Under the pieces are notes generated by a model. It was not told where the DNA came from. It made no database searches and was given only the letters and a program-made list of their open reading frames with translations. Of a stretch of DNA of 64,000 nt, positions 12,712 through 26,171 are shown in pieces. Location: NCBI GenBank assembly GCA_013265495.1, contig MU057701.1:1302001-1366000 (forward strand), written 5' to 3'. How positions within the stretch are numbered: the stretch's first letter is position 1; each line of letters begins with the position of its first letter. The stretch is from Vicugna vicugna. Taxonomy: Eukaryota. The position numbers were made by a program, and so were the translations under genes.

Positions 12712-12898
12712 GCAGTGGTTTTCCACCAGGCAGCGCCTGGAGACATTTTTAGTTGTCAAAACTGGATAGGGCGCTACTAGCATGTGATGGGTAGAAGCCA
12801 GGGATGCCGCTAAATACCCTGCCATGCACAGGACGGCCCCCATGGCAAAGAAATACCAAGTCCAAAAATGCCAATGTGCCAAGGTTGAGAAGCCCTGC
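12712..12898. mobile_element. MER20 hAT fossil
   Basis: gcagtggtt...ctggagacatttt..gttgtca...gccagggatgccgctaaata...ccaaggttgagaagccctg. Confidence 0.8.
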
Positions 12899-14124
12899 CT
12901 TGAACCAGCCACTATCACTTACTCAACAAGCTTGTATCCGTCGTGCTCTGTTTTCCCAACACTGTTAGGAATAGGAAGATTAAGAATCACGTGGGTCCTG
13001 CTCTCCCGTACAACCCAGTAGAGATACAGGTGAGTAGAGAGCCAGTTACAACAGCGGGACAAAGGCTGTGATGGAGAAATTCAAAGCAAATGGGGGCACA
13101 GAGAATGGTGTCCTCAAGGAATAGCAGGAAGACAGCCTGTCATCCCTGGGTCCTTTCCAGCCCTATGATTCAATCAGTTCTCTTCAAAAAGCCACAACTG
13201 TCCCCTGAGAATTTCTGCCAGGAATCCCATTGGCCTGACCCAGTCTTTGAGAGTCTTAAGAAGTTCCCCCAAAGCTGCTCAGCCACAACTCACCTCCTGA
13301 GCACAGTTGTGTTGAAGATTCTCCACCAGTATCATTAGCATGTTGGAGAGAAAACCTCTACCAGAGGTCAGATTCAGCCCTTGCTCAGGACCTTGAGGCT
13401 CAGGTGAAAAGATGGACTGGATGCCCCGCTGCCTCCACAACTGAGGTCCCCAGAGGGCACTGGGGTAGGTCATGGCATCTGTGAGCCCCCTGAGTGTGGG
13501 TGCAAAAAGTTGTGAGTACACAATATTCTGGGAGAGAGTTCATAGCTTTTATCAATTTCTCGGAGACATGATCCAAAAAAGGGTGAAGAACTATGAAATC
13601 ATTAAAAACTCTTGTGTTCTCCAGACGATTCGATGTCAGCTGAAAACCCAGAAAGAGTGGTCAACTCATTTCTTACCGAAGGGTCTACTTCATGGACAGT
13701 TTTAAGCCCACTGTCCCAAGTGGGACTTGGCTTGCCTTGGAAAAACTGCTCAGAATGAAGAAATAAATGGTGATTTCAGTGTTAAAAAGAGATAGCCCTC
13801 ATCTCTCAAGTGTAATAAGCTATTAGACTGTCTTGGAAAGCCCAAGGAATAGGCAGTAAATATTTCGAAAAGCTTCAGAGTCCAAAGTATTTCTGAAGCC
13901 TGGATTGTCCCTTCATACAGATTTCATAATTCAGTGGGAAGTAAATCTTTGTTTCAACATGAACTTTGACAACAGAAGAGAAAAATTGTTTTCATGTTCA
14001 CAGAGGATGAAGGATACTGGGAATATATACAATTCTTAAAAGACAAGTTGGAACATGAGATTGGCTACCGGGTGTCCCTGTGACCTTGGAGAGGTCACAC
14101 ATCCTGGAGTCCTTCTGTCAAAGG

Positions 14125-14589
14125 TGTATTTGTTTGCTGAGGCTGTTGTGGCAAATTATCACAAACTATGACATGAAGCAGCAGAAATTTATTCACCCAC
14201 AGTTTTGAAGGCCAGAAGTTCGAAAGCAAAATGTCAGTCAGGCCATGATCCCTCCAAAGTCTCTAGGAAAGAATCCTTCCTTGCTTCTTCTAGCTTCTAG
14301 TGTTTGCTGGCAATCCTCGGTGTCCCTGGCTTGCACTGCACCACGTGAAGCCCCGCCTCTTTGTCACGTGGCCTTCTGCCCTATGCATGAGTGTCTGTGT
14401 CAGCACATGGCCTTCTCATAGCGACACCAGTAATTGGATTCAGGGCCCATCCTAATCCAGTATACCCTCATCTCAGCTAATTACACCTGCAAAGACCCCA
14501 TTTCCAAATCAGCTCACACTCTGAGGTTCCAGATAGACATGAATTTTCGTTGGGGCGGCGGGAGGGGAGGGACCACCGTTCAACCCAGA
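14125..14589 (-). mobile_element. MaLR solo LTR (MLT1B/C-like)
   Basis: Typical MLT1 motifs: cagaaatttatt...cagttttgaaggccagaag, gaatccttccttgcttcttctagcttct, taattacacctgcaaagacc...tttccaaat. Confidence 0.8.
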
Positions 14590-16457
14590 GGGAACTGGGC
14601 AAGATGACCTCATGATCTCGCAGCTCTGACCTTCCGTGTTTCTAAGACACTCGTGTAAATAGAAAGGTCTGACAACAATGACTTACTTTCACATAACGTA
14701 ATCTTTGAATTACAGTCACACTATGAATTACAGTTCATAATATTGTATAAGTTACAACATTATATTTTGCCTTCTGTAGACACTACAGCATGCTCACCAC
14801 CAGAAGTCTAGTCTCCATCCATTCCCAGAGAGTTGACACCCTTTACCCATTTCGCCCTCCCCCAACACCGCTTCCCCTCTGGTAATCCCTGCTCTGCTCT
14901 TTGTATCCGTAAGGTAATCTCTTGCACCAACTCAGTCTGGTGTTCTTTCACTGTGCTCTGTTCTCTTATGTCATATCTCTGCCTCTGAAACTGTTTTTGA
15001 CATTGTTTCTCTAACCTCCAAAGGTCCCCCTCCATCTCCTCTCATCCTTTCCCTGCTTCATATTTCTGCTTCTTTCCCCGACCAACACAATTAATTTGCC
15101 ATAATACAAAACCGATGTGCATATATTTATTATATGGATGGATGAGTTTTATATTCCTAGTAATTTATTTCAAGAGCCAATGCATGGAATATTTTCTCTT
15201 TTTCTTTCTTTAGGAAAAAAAATGCCTCCAAAAGCCTGGAAGGTTGTTTTCTATCTATATTTGACCTTTGGTGGATTATTTTTCCAAGGAGTTATTGGAT
15301 TCACTAGGAAAAAGTCCCTTGTTGCTGCCTTACTTCCTCCCGGTCCTGGGATGTGCTAGTTTTCCTGGAACCTCTTGGCACAGGAGAGTCTGGTTCAGTG
15401 CCAGAAACTATTCCATCAGTTACTGGTACAACCAACACTCCCTTCCTCAGGGCTTAGGTGGTTTGGGCCAGAACTTGCAGAGTGAAGAAACCTCCCACTG
15501 TTGGGACTTTGAAGGAGCACAGGACTGGGTTCTAGAAAAAGGAAAAGAGTGGACTTCAGTGCCTTCCAAAGTGGGGGCAAACCATGAGCCAGGATCTGAC
15601 ATCATCCCTAGAACCTCCGTCACACCACCAGCCTTCAATGAAAATGTGTCTCCGAGCCAAGACGTGTGCAGATTCCAGGGTGCCCCTTTGGCAGGCTGGT
15701 TTCAGAAGAACCAGATGGCAGAAGGAGAGGCTCTTCGAGGTTTTGATGATTTAGAAACACCCTGGAAGACTTGGGCGTGAGGCAGGCAGGTGGCCATTCC
15801 AATGGGCCCTGTGACGGGGCCAGTCGCTGAGTCATGAATTCATTGTCAGTTCCCTCAGGGGTCCTTTGGCCCCTGCCACCAAGCCCAACTCTAGGAGGCC
15901 CAGCCTGAGGTTCCGTGTGCCCCTCACCCCAAGGAAAGGTGTAGTAGGGGTTGGGGGGCAGAGATTGAAGAGCAGACAAAGGACAGCCCCCAGAACTGGG
16001 GAGGGTGAGCTGCCCCTATGATGGAGGCTGGTCCCCCAGGGAAATGTCTGATGGCACAAGGTGTCCAGGGAGGCCAGACACTAGGCCCTGGGACTTGCAG
16101 CCTCGCCCGAGATCCCCACGTACTTCATGTGACAGAGAGCCTGGGGAGCCACCTGTCTTCTAGGGACCTTGGAAGCCTGAATCACCAGGAGCTTGAGCAG
16201 TGACCACAACCAGAATCCATTCCTTTCCCCTGTTTTACAGGAACCATATCCTCCTTCCAGATTCAGGAGTGAGCCTAGCCAGGCCCCCAGTGGCCTCATC
16301 TTATTTATCAGATATTTTTGCAAAAAGCACTTCTTCAGTGCCTCTTAAGGCACAGATCCTATGCTAGGTTCAGAGGCTGCAGCAGAGAACCAGACAGATG
16401 TGGTCCCTGGGGCTTGTGATAATTTGCTCCCATTTTTCAGTCACGAAGTCACAGTTT

Positions 16458-16596
16458 GGGGCAGGAGGGGATAGCTCAGTAGTGGAGCGCATGCTTAACA
16501 CGCATGAGGTCCTGGGTTCAATCCCCAGTCCCTCCGTTAAATAAATAAATAAACCTGATCCCTCCACTCCCCCATCTCCCGCCACTGCCAAAAAAA
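16458..16596 (+). mobile_element. Vic-1-like SINE
   Basis: atagctcagtagtggagcgcatgctt...gggttcaatcccc, (taaa)n tail, and a degenerate TSD aagtca..ttt. Confidence 0.9.
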
Positions 16597-17779
16597 GTCA
16601 TGTTTTCAGTCGGAGAAGTCCCATTCTTCAGTCTTGCTTGTTCAGGGGGAAAGTTGCTGGAATGTGAAGTGTTCCCAGGGGTTAGCCCTTTCCAGTGTTA
16701 CAGGTCTATTCAGGAAGAGGATCCCCAGTCCTGGAGAGCTTTGGAATTGTTACAGAAGGTTTTCAGATGCATGGGGACATACTTTCATCAACTTACAAAT
16801 GCAGAAAAGACAATTAAGTTCATGTGGGAGTCTTTGCAATTTTTTTATGTTAAAGAAGAGTCTTTGTCCTCAAACAGATTGGGGCCCCTTGGTCTACTGC
16901 ATTCATCTCTGAGTCTGTCAGAGTTTCAATTGCTGTCTTGAGCTGATGTGACTGTCCAGCCCTCGGTCCACAAGAAAACATGAGTAGACATGTGCGTGGA
17001 CACACACATGTGCTCACCCATATGCGCACACACACACACGTGCACGGTGCACTACAGAACAAGGATGCCCCGGCCCTGCCCTTGAACGGATCCTGTGCCA
17101 AGACCAACACAGGTGCTTCTCTCTGTTTTGTGGGAGGTGTTGGCATATGGGGATGTGATATTTAAATTAAAAAGTGAAACTCAAGGCAGCGTGACTCCTA
17201 ACACTCCAACGTATCACCTTTGCTTATCAGAGTTTATTCAACAAACAACAAGTGTCTGGTTTGTGTGAGGCTGTCGGCATGTTCCATGGCTGCGCAGAGG
17301 ACGCCAATATGAGCAGACCCCTCGACCCCTCAAAGAAGCAGGAGCCCGCACACAACCAACAGAGACGAGAAGCCCGCTGTTGACCTACCCGGCCCTTGAC
17401 GATAGCAGCCCCTCCCACAATGCCTTGCACACAGCTGGCTCGTTGGCAAACCCAGTCTGGTCTCTTATTTCAAGGTAGAAGCAACTAATCCATGCAGAGG
17501 AATCCAGCTCATTCAGGCAAGAGCCCAGGGCTTGACTGGAATAGAACCCAGTACCAGGAGGCCACTTGACACATTGCAGGTTCAAGCCCTGGGCCCTCTC
17601 ACAGCCAGGGTGGTCAATGTGGCAGAACCAAAGTCAGGTGGAGAAAGAACATTCTGTGTGTGTGTAAGATGTGTCTGTGATGGGCAGAGGCAGAGCATGG
17701 TGGGGCTCAGTCAAAGACACGGTCACAGTGATTTCTGTGTAAAAGTTTACCAGACAGGAAAAACAATGCCTTGAGAAGT

Positions 17780-18297
17780 ATCTTTAAATATTTGCAAATC
17801 ATATGTCTATAAGGGATTAATATCCAGAAGATACAGAGAACTCTTAAAATTCAACAATAGCAGCGGGGAGGGTATCACTCGTGCTTAGCATGCACGAGGT
17901 TCTGGGTTAGACCCCCAGTACCTCCATTAAGAACCAAAAAAAGGGAATAGAATTCTGCTACATTATGGCTGAACCTTGAGGACATTGTGCTAAGTGAAAA
18001 AACCAGCCGCAAAAAGACAAATATTATATGATTCCACTTATATGAGGTACTTAGAACAACCAAAATCATAGAAACAGAAAGTAGAAGGGTGATTGCCAGG
18101 GGCTAGCTAGAAGGGGAGGACTGGGGGTTTTTGTTTAATGAGCATAGAGTTTCATTTTGCAAGCTAAAACGTTCTGGAGATGGATGGTGGTGTTGGTTGC
18201 ACAACATTATGAATGTGTTTAGTACCACTGAGCTGTACCCTTAAAAATGTTTAAGATGGTAAATTTTAGGTTATGTGTATTTTACCACCGAAAAAAA
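17780..18297 (+). mobile_element. L1MB-like 3' end, split by a SINE
   Basis: tttgcaaatcatat..gaaccttgaggacatt..tatgattccacttatatgagg..gttctggagatggatggtggtg..tattttaccac. Confidence 0.8.
17865..17942 (+). mobile_element. Vic-1-like SINE, internally deleted, nested in L1M
   Basis: ggggagggtat...gcttagcatgcacgaggttctgggtt...cagtacctccatt; the A-box region is missing. Confidence 0.8.
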
Positions 18298-19554
18298 AGT
18301 TTTTTTAATTGCACCAGACAGAAAAATATGCCTTGGGAAATCTTTAAATAACATGTTTTTAAAAGACAAGGGGGTTATAAGAAAAAAACGTATTGTCATT
18401 TATTAAAATACATCAGCTAGTGTTCACTCACAGGAGATTCAGAGGCTTTGGGGTTTGAAAAGGCACCAGCAGAAAACAGAGCAATTGTCCCTGCTTGACG
18501 GTGGAGGACAACACCCTGGTGGCCAGAGGGGGTGAATTTGCTGGAGGTGCAGCCTCTCTCTTTTGGGTAGAGAATAAACCCCAGCATAGCAAACACTTCA
18601 TGCACCTTAAAGACACAGAAGTGGCTTCCCCTCCTGGCCTCTGCCCTAGAGCTAGCTGGGCCGGGGGTGCCCTCTGGGGAAAAAGAAAAGTGAATTACAT
18701 TTAGAGTAGAAACTCAAATATTTGTTGAGCATATGAAAATCCAATCCATGAATTGCCTGTGGTTCAATGTTTGTCTAAGATCTGAGACAGCAGACATTTA
18801 TAAAAGATAGTCCTAGACGTGTTTGTCTGTTTTCTTCTAGATTCTCTAGTTTTCGTCTTTATTTTCAGGTAGAGCATCAGAACCAAACTCACTTGAACTG
18901 TGTTCCCAGCTATCATGTGACTGAACGTTATGCTCTGAGGCTTCCCAGATAAAAGGAACGCATTCTTCAATGAGGACTTTGGGTTCTTTGTAAACATTAG
19001 CCAATTGGGGGCCCGATGGACGTTACACAGAGTTCTCCGGTGCTTGTATTCAAATTCCTCCTGGAAGTGCGTCCCCGCGGAACACTCAGACTTTCTTAGG
19101 ACAGACAACGAACACCATCCAGTCCCACGTGCTTTCCCGTTTAGCTCAGCTGCCAAAGAATTCAGAGCCAAATTCTGTACCCCATTAGGGTAATTAACCA
19201 CCGTCAAGGGCCTGTTAATGTCAACTCCCTCTTCCTTTAGATGATATCGCTTCCATTTTGATTTCTAACTGTTCCATTTTATATGACCTTTAATCTTGTC
19301 AGCGGCTTCAGATCCCTTTTAAGAAAAGGCCTAACACAAACAACAAAAATTTATATTGGTAGCTTACAATTTAACAGATAGAAACAAGTCCTGCTTTTGA
19401 GTCATATTCCTTTAGCTGAATAGGACAATATCCCTACAGCCCGTTTGACCTTGGGCAAATCTATCTTGCCCAGAGACCTGGAGCTCATTTCTTCATCAGC
19501 CAAGTAAGGGGACTGGGCTCTGTCATCTTGAAGGTCACATTAGGATGCACACAT

Positions 19555-19960
19555 ATTTTCTCGTGCATCTACTACGTGCCAGACACTGTTCTAGGTGCTT
19601 GGGAGGATATCACAGAAGAAAACAGACAAAGACCCCTGCCCTCATGGAACTTAGATTCTAGCAGGGAGAGACAGAAATAGGCAATTAATACAATAATAGA
19701 AAGAGCTGAGCAGGTTGAAGGGGAAAGCGAATCAGGGTGGTGGGGCAGGGGCAGTATCCAACAAGGCAGTCAGGGCAAGCCTTGTTAAGAGGTGAGATTT
19801 GGGGAAAGAAGTGAGGGACGCTGAGGGAGTTGGCCAAGCAGAAGGTATCTGGGGGAAGAGACTCCAGGCAGAAAGAACAGCTAAAGCAAAGGCCCTGTGG
19901 TACAGAAGCAAGGAAGCCCAAGGGCTGGGGTGGAGGCATGGAGGGAGGGAGCAGGCCATG
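19555..19960 (-). mobile_element. L2 LINE fragment (further L2 remnants near 23260-23700, 31140-31260, 52590-52900, 55300-55950)
   Basis: ctactacgtgccagacactgttctaggtgct...agacccctgccctcatggaactta..ttcta...ccaggcagaaagaacagc...caaaggccctg. Confidence 0.7.
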
Positions 19961-20479
19961 AGGCCAGCTTCATTGCTGGTTATGATATAAAAACGAAAGT
20001 TGCCTGATTGTAAATGGATATGTTTCTTTACATGCTTGTTCTAACCCCCTACTCCTCCAAGTGTGTTTCCCAAACCAGGCAGCTGATTGGAAATGCAGAC
20101 TCCTGAGACCTACCCCAGCCCCACGGAATCAGAATCCTGATGAACGATATTCCCCAGGAAGACACGCTTAAAAGGATACCACCTTCATAAACAGACAGGC
20201 ATTTTAAACATACGCTTTACCGAAGAAGAGCCTTACTTGATTGAGACAATCCAGCCTTAAATTGCCCTTTCACAAGGACTGTTGCAGGCCAAGGGCTACC
20301 AAGAGCGCCACCTACTGGTGGCATAAGAAAATACAGATCTCTAAGAAGGAGCACATGCTCAAGTCCAGCAGCATATTTAAAGCAATCATAATTTTAACAC
20401 AATTGGCTTGGACTTTTCAAATATCTCCATGTCAGAAAAGACCAAAATTGGCTGAGGAATGGCCCTAGATTAAAAGGTA

Positions 20480-20900
20480 CTAAAGAGGCTGGACAACTAA
20501 TTGCAACACGTGAGGCTGGGTTGGATGCCAGCCAGGCCTTTTTAAAAAAGGAGCTATTAAAAGACAATATTGGGCCAGTTGGGAACTTTTGAGTATGGAA
20601 TGTATATGATACTAGGATAGTATTAATGTTCAATTTCCCAAGTGTGATACTAAACTGTGGTTATGTAGGATGTCCTCATTCTTAGCATTGGGAATAAAGC
20701 ATCCTGATGTCTGTACCTAAATTTCAAACAATTCAGCAAAAATTAAAATTAATACTAGAAAGAAAGGAAGGAAGGAAGGAAAGAAAGAAAATGAGCAAAA
20801 TGTTAAAAACCAGTGAGTCTAGGTGAAGAATATACCCTTGTTCATTGTACTATTTCTTGTAACCTTTCTGAAGGCTTGAAATTTTTCAGAATGAAAAGAG
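20480..20900 (+). mobile_element. Ancient L1ME/L1MC 3'UTR fragment
   Basis: attaaaagacaatattggg...gtggttatgtagga...tctaggtgaaga...ttcattgtactatt...tgaaattttt. Confidence 0.6.
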
Positions 20901-22842
20901 GAAGAGCTATCACCTGTGGACACATTTTAAGTCTCAAGAAACTGCTTCAGGGGACCTGGGACCTGTGGACCAAGTGGTAACAGTGGGGGTAAATTTGAAC
21001 CTTCCCTCACCATGTTTATCTCTGTTTTCTGGCTGGTTTCCCTGGAGAGATTAAAGATCACATTTTTGAGCAGAGGGGAAACCTAAAGGGATGGCGTCCC
21101 CAGGAGCAGACGAGGGACACCAGCTCAGGCCTGTGTCTCTGGCCGTGGCTGTTTCACGGGCTCCATCTCTGCCTGTCTCCTCTGTTTCACTTCTTCATTC
21201 TGTATTACTTTACATTACAAACATGATGCATATTTATTGTGGAAAAAAATCCAAAGACTACAGAAGGATAGAGGGTAAAATATGAAAACCCTTCTTAAAA
21301 CCATTTCCCTGCTTCCGAACACCCTCCCTGCACATAGGGTGAACAGTTCCTTCCAGGCTTCTTTCTGTTTAGCAATAAACCCTGGTTATGCACTTTTCGT
21401 GAGGGACAAGGTTTGTGTGATTTTGCCTTTTTATCCACAGTGCCTGGAATATAATAGGTCCTTATTAAATATCGGTTGAATAAATTGTTTCCTTTTACAT
21501 AAAGGGGATGATTCTGAACGTATTTTATTTCTGCCTGCTGTTTTCATGTAACAGTAGATACTGTCCCGCCGTCTACACAGGTTTATCTTGTTGTCTTTTT
21601 TGCCTCATTATTTTTAACTGCCTAGTGCAACTGCCTGGTATCCCATAATATGCAGGGACTTCACTTATTTAACCCATTGCCCATTATTGTGTTATCTTCC
21701 CCCATTGCAAAAAGCTGGGAAAGTCCTTGCAAATAGCAACACGTTCATGTGTGACTATTTTCTAGGCAAGCATTGTGGCCTGAGACCAGCAAGCCAGAGG
21801 ACATTTGACATTTGAGTGGCTATTGTCCTCCTTTGGATTTGGTCCTGGGCAGTTCCCTCCTCCTGGAAACTTCTTTTCCCTACTGTACTGGTAGATTGCA
21901 GAGACCTGACACTGCTTGAGGACTGCGGAGGGAGCCGTGGCCGTTTCCACTCTAAGGCAGGAACCAGCTGGTCCAGCAGGCCTTCTCCTCAGCTGCAGGT
22001 GGGTCCAGACTTTGAGAAACTCTGCCCTGACTTGACAGAGGTGAGTGGAGGCAGAAAGGGAGAAAATGTGAGACATGAAAGCGACGGGCACTGAGCTTTA
22101 AGCGCCATTCTAGGTGGTGGGCAGCCAGCCCCCTGCCCGCACGGTGGGTGTGAGCATCTCAGGGGAGGGGACTTGCCCATTAGCTGAGCCTCTGGGGAGG
22201 AGGAAAGGAAACTCAAATGCTATATACCTCGGCAAAAGGGAGAGAAAGAGAGAGAGAGACAGAGAAACAGAGAGAGACTGAAGCTTTTCTAGGAAAACAC
22301 ACACGCAGCATGAGCCGGGGAACACAGACGAAGTGACGGGTGCTCACAGCATTGGCAAAATTACCAAGCGTGCGCAAAAAGAAAATAATGACTGTGCGTT
22401 CCCAGGCTTGATGAAACAGTAATTACACTGCAAAGGCTTGCTAAACGTCCCTCTTAAGAAACCACCCAGCTAGGCAATTTTTCTTTCACATTTAATAGCA
22501 ACTATTCTCGTATCCTTCCTTGTCCAAAGTGGTCATAATTATGGGGGTGTGGGGAGACAAGCACCCTCACGAGCCGCTGGCGGGAGAGGGGAGTGGCACA
22601 GCCCCTGTAGAATCGCTCCTCCAAGAGCCGTGAAAACCTCCCTGCCTTTGGCTCCGTCCTGCCATGGCTAGGAATCTATCCTCGGGCAATAAAGAGACCC
22701 TAGACAAAGATTTATGAACAAGGATATTCACCCACAGCCTTGTTCGTAGTACAAAAAAATATTGGAAATCACCCAAGCAGTGACCCCTAATGAGGAATGC
22801 ATTTTATTTTATATTTATAATTTTAACCTTTTTTTGTTTTTT

Positions 22843-22948
22843 GGGGGGGTAATTAGGTTTATTTATTTATTTAATGGAGGTATCGGGGATTGAACCTAGG
22901 ACCTCGTGCATGCTAGTATGTACTCTACCACTGAGCTATACCCTCCCC
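22843..22948 (-). mobile_element. Vic-1-like SINE
   Basis: Reverse complement of ggggagggtatagctcagtggtagag...aaacctaattacccc. The flank tgcatttta is repeated on both sides. Confidence 0.9.
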
Positions 22949-25534
22949 TAGGGGTGCATTTTAGAATCAAATGGACATTTATCAAATGCACGTGCGCACA
23001 CACACTGGGACAGAAGCTGGGTGGCCCAGCTGCAGTTTGAGCATCTCTGTTTTTAACAAGCTCGAATAGGTCATTCTGATGCTAGTACCAGTTTGAGAAT
23101 CATTCACCTGATCTCTCTAGGATTATGGGTATTTCTTCTTTAAATATATATCACATATACATGTATGTTTTTTAAAATCTCACAGTGGGCATGAATTCCT
23201 TTTTTAATCAGAAAAATTTATACAGAACATAGACTGAACAATAGGACATTCAGCTGGCAAACACCTCTTGTGTACCAGGTGTTAGCTCTGAAGTAAAGCA
23301 GACACGAGATGCCCTTCACCAAGCTCACAACCCCGCCACAGGAGACAGCCATGGGAAAACTAAATGTTCCCTAGAGAGATGTGCTGTGCTAGAGTTAAGT
23401 GCTAAGTCCGGGGCTGGCGCAATCGAGGGAGTGACTAGTTCTGGTTGGAAGCCTTAGGAGACCGCTTCCGGAACAGGAGATATTTCAGCTGGTCCTCAAG
23501 GCACAGGTAGGAGGGAAGGAGGGGAAACGGCATTCCAGGCTCAGGGCAGGGACAGGCTTATGCAAAGACTAGGAGGCATGAGCCCCGTCACACGTTTGAG
23601 GAAATGTGAGCAGGGAGGTGTGGCTGGAGCAGAAGGGTGACGTAAGGCACCAGAGGAGGTGAAACTGGACAGGCAGGCAGGCTGGGCCCAGGGGCTTGTG
23701 CACCTGGCTAAGCACCTGCAACCAAAGCAGGAAGGCCGGTGGTTCCCAGACTGTGTGCTGAGGAACCCCAATCCTCCTTCCAATCGTGATGAATGCTCAG
23801 TGAAAAGGGGTTCCATGGCACAGTGACTTTGGAAAACTCTAGGTTAAACTGGGTTTTTTTTTCTTTTCTCATTTTTTAATTGAAGGACGCATCAAAGCCT
23901 TTAATAGACTAATACGCCAGGGATTCTCCAAGACCGGGCAGCATAGGGAGCAGGCCCCAAATTTATTCAACCACCGACCTGCCACTTACACACACTTGAT
24001 TGCTGATGTTGTTTTAAAGAAAACTTATTGTTGTATCTTTTAAATTGGCGTCCCCAGGGCAGAGTTTGGAAAACTCAGCTGTGGTCAGCAGGAAGCCCAT
24101 GAGAGAAAGCAATGAAATGAGAAGAACGCAAAGTTCAGAGTCCCCAGACCTGGGTTCAAATCCCAGTTCGGCTGTTCATCAGCTCAGGGATCCTGACCAA
24201 GTTAACATCAGCAAATTGCCTCCTCAGTAACGTGGGGCTCGTAAAAACTACCTTGTAGGCTTTGGGAGTGAAATGAAAGAAACCAGCAATGTGGTAGACG
24301 GCCGGTAGGTTCTGAGCAATTGATGGTGACCTTTATAATATTCTCCTCTGTGTTTCAGAGAGATCCCTTGGCGCTGGCTTGGAGGGTGCTCAGCCAAGTT
24401 AAGGCCTGGAGGCAGGGGACTAATGAACATGCCCTGTGGCTGTGAGAGGCAGGAAATCGCAGGACTGGCTGACTAGATGGAGCAACAGGGCACCCCTGGG
24501 TCTAGGACCAGTGGGTCTGGGGGTAGGTGGAGTTTTAAACCAGGACAGAAAGTCCAGCAGCATTTTAGGGAGGAAAACAATGACTTGTTTCTAACTCAGA
24601 CTCTTCCGCATGACTTAAAACTGGCTCTGAGAGCTACTCCTTTATGTATTTATTTTTTTAGCATTGTAGACACAATGATTACTCCCGGTTTCAAACTGCA
24701 TTTCGTGTTGTTTTTCTCTGCCAGACTCGGAGGGTTTTTATTATGTCTTTTCCCCAGCCTATAATAAAAAAAGAAGGGAGAATAAATTTTAGGTGGGGAA
24801 ATTAGTTGCTCAGCTCTCGCCTGAAAATTACCATGTGTGCACGTGTCTAGATGCTGTCAGAGAAGCAGCACTGTAGTTCCACTGGCGCAGGGCGGGGGTG
24901 GGAGTAGAAGCGGTGTCTTTTGAATGGATGCCAGTGGCACTTAGATGTTTCCACACTGGGAGACAGCAGCGCATCCCCTGACGAACGTGTGTGTCCCCCA
25001 CAAATCCGCCACTTATTATAAAGAACACATGGTAGTAAGATGACCATGCCGGACATTGTGCTTGGGGTAAATCTGATCCTCGTGACCTCCCAGGAAGACA
25101 GGTCAAGGCAGCACTGTCTGATAGGTGAGGATACTGATACTTAGGGAGGTTAAGTCACTTGCCCGAGGTCACATAGCTAATCATGGCTCACCTGAGATTC
25201 CAGCTTAGGTCCTTCTGGTTTCAAAGTGCAAACTCCACTATCCCTTTTCCACTTGTCTCTGGGGATGCAAATAAAATGCTTAGCACAACACCTGGCACAT
25301 AACAGACACACAGAAGGTTAGCTGCTCCTATTACCATTGTTTCGCTATTCCTAAAACTCGGAGCAGGGTGGTAGAATCTGAGAGTTACGATGAGCCACCC
25401 CCCTTCCCGCTCCCCCCCAGCCCCAAAGGTAATAATAGCACATGTTCATGCTGAATGTTCTCATCAGCATTTCCCTTAAGCTTAATAGCATTTGCAGCAG
25501 AAGGGAACTTCCTCCTCTACCTCCGTTTGGGAGA

Positions 25535-25712
25535 GTTTTTATAAATAAAGTTTTATTGGAACACAGACATGCCCATTGGTCACATACTGTCTTTGGTGGC
25601 TTTCGAGCACAGTGAAATAGGCAGAGTTGAGTAGTTGCAACAGAAACCATATGGCTCACAAGCCTGAAATATTTACTCCCTGTCCCTTTATAAAAAAGTT
25701 TCCCAATTCCTG
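25535..25712. mobile_element. MER58A-like hAT fossil
   Basis: aaataaagttttattggaacacag...gcagagttgagtagttgcaacaga...gcctgaaatatttact. Confidence 0.8.
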
Positions 25713-26171
25713 TACCAGGGAAACGGGAAGCAAGGAGATAACCCTCTGTTCATTTTTTTAAATCTTTTTTTCCTTCTGGTTTCATTTTGTATAGTTTCTA
25801 ATACTATGTCTTCAGTTTTACTCATCTTTTCTTCTGCATCATCTAATCTGGAATTAATACCATCCAGTGCATTCCTCTCACCCCCGTCGCTGCCCCAGGC
25901 ATTGTATTTTTCATCTGTAGAAGGTCAGTGGGGGTCTTTTTTCATATTTTCCATACCTCTGCTAAGCATGCTCAATCTTTCCTTTACCTTCTTGAATAGA
26001 GGGTATATCATAGCTGTCACAATAGCTGTCTTAATGTCTTTGTCTACAACTTGTATTATCTGTGTCATTTGGGGTCTATTTCTATGGATTGATTTTTATT
26101 GTCATTTTTGGTCTTTTTTTTTTTCTTCTTTGCACCTCTGAAAATTTTTGATTGGATGTCAGACTGTGACT

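Larger units (their letters stand above)
10175..13790 (+). other. PECAM1: PECAM1 3'UTR (3' end uncertain), with candidate poly(A) signals AATAAA at 11152-11157 and 13762-13767
   Basis: Lies downstream of the stop codon. U-rich/ATTTA tracts at about 10910-10975 and two canonical AATAAA hexamers. Which site is used cannot be read from DNA. Confidence 0.55.

Noticed and set aside
13625..14070. Acceptor-like sites followed by short open frames (about 13625 and 14004)
   Set aside because: No good donors and no similarity to PECAM1 or TEX2; they lie in or just beyond the 3'UTR.
16458..16540. tRNA-like sequences with A and B boxes (eight loci)
   Set aside because: They lack a proper acceptor stem and have A-rich tails and TSDs, so they are SINEs, not tRNA genes.
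21766..22040. Exon-like segment bounded by ctag and gtgagt
   Set aside because: Weak acceptor, no recognisable product and no partner exons.
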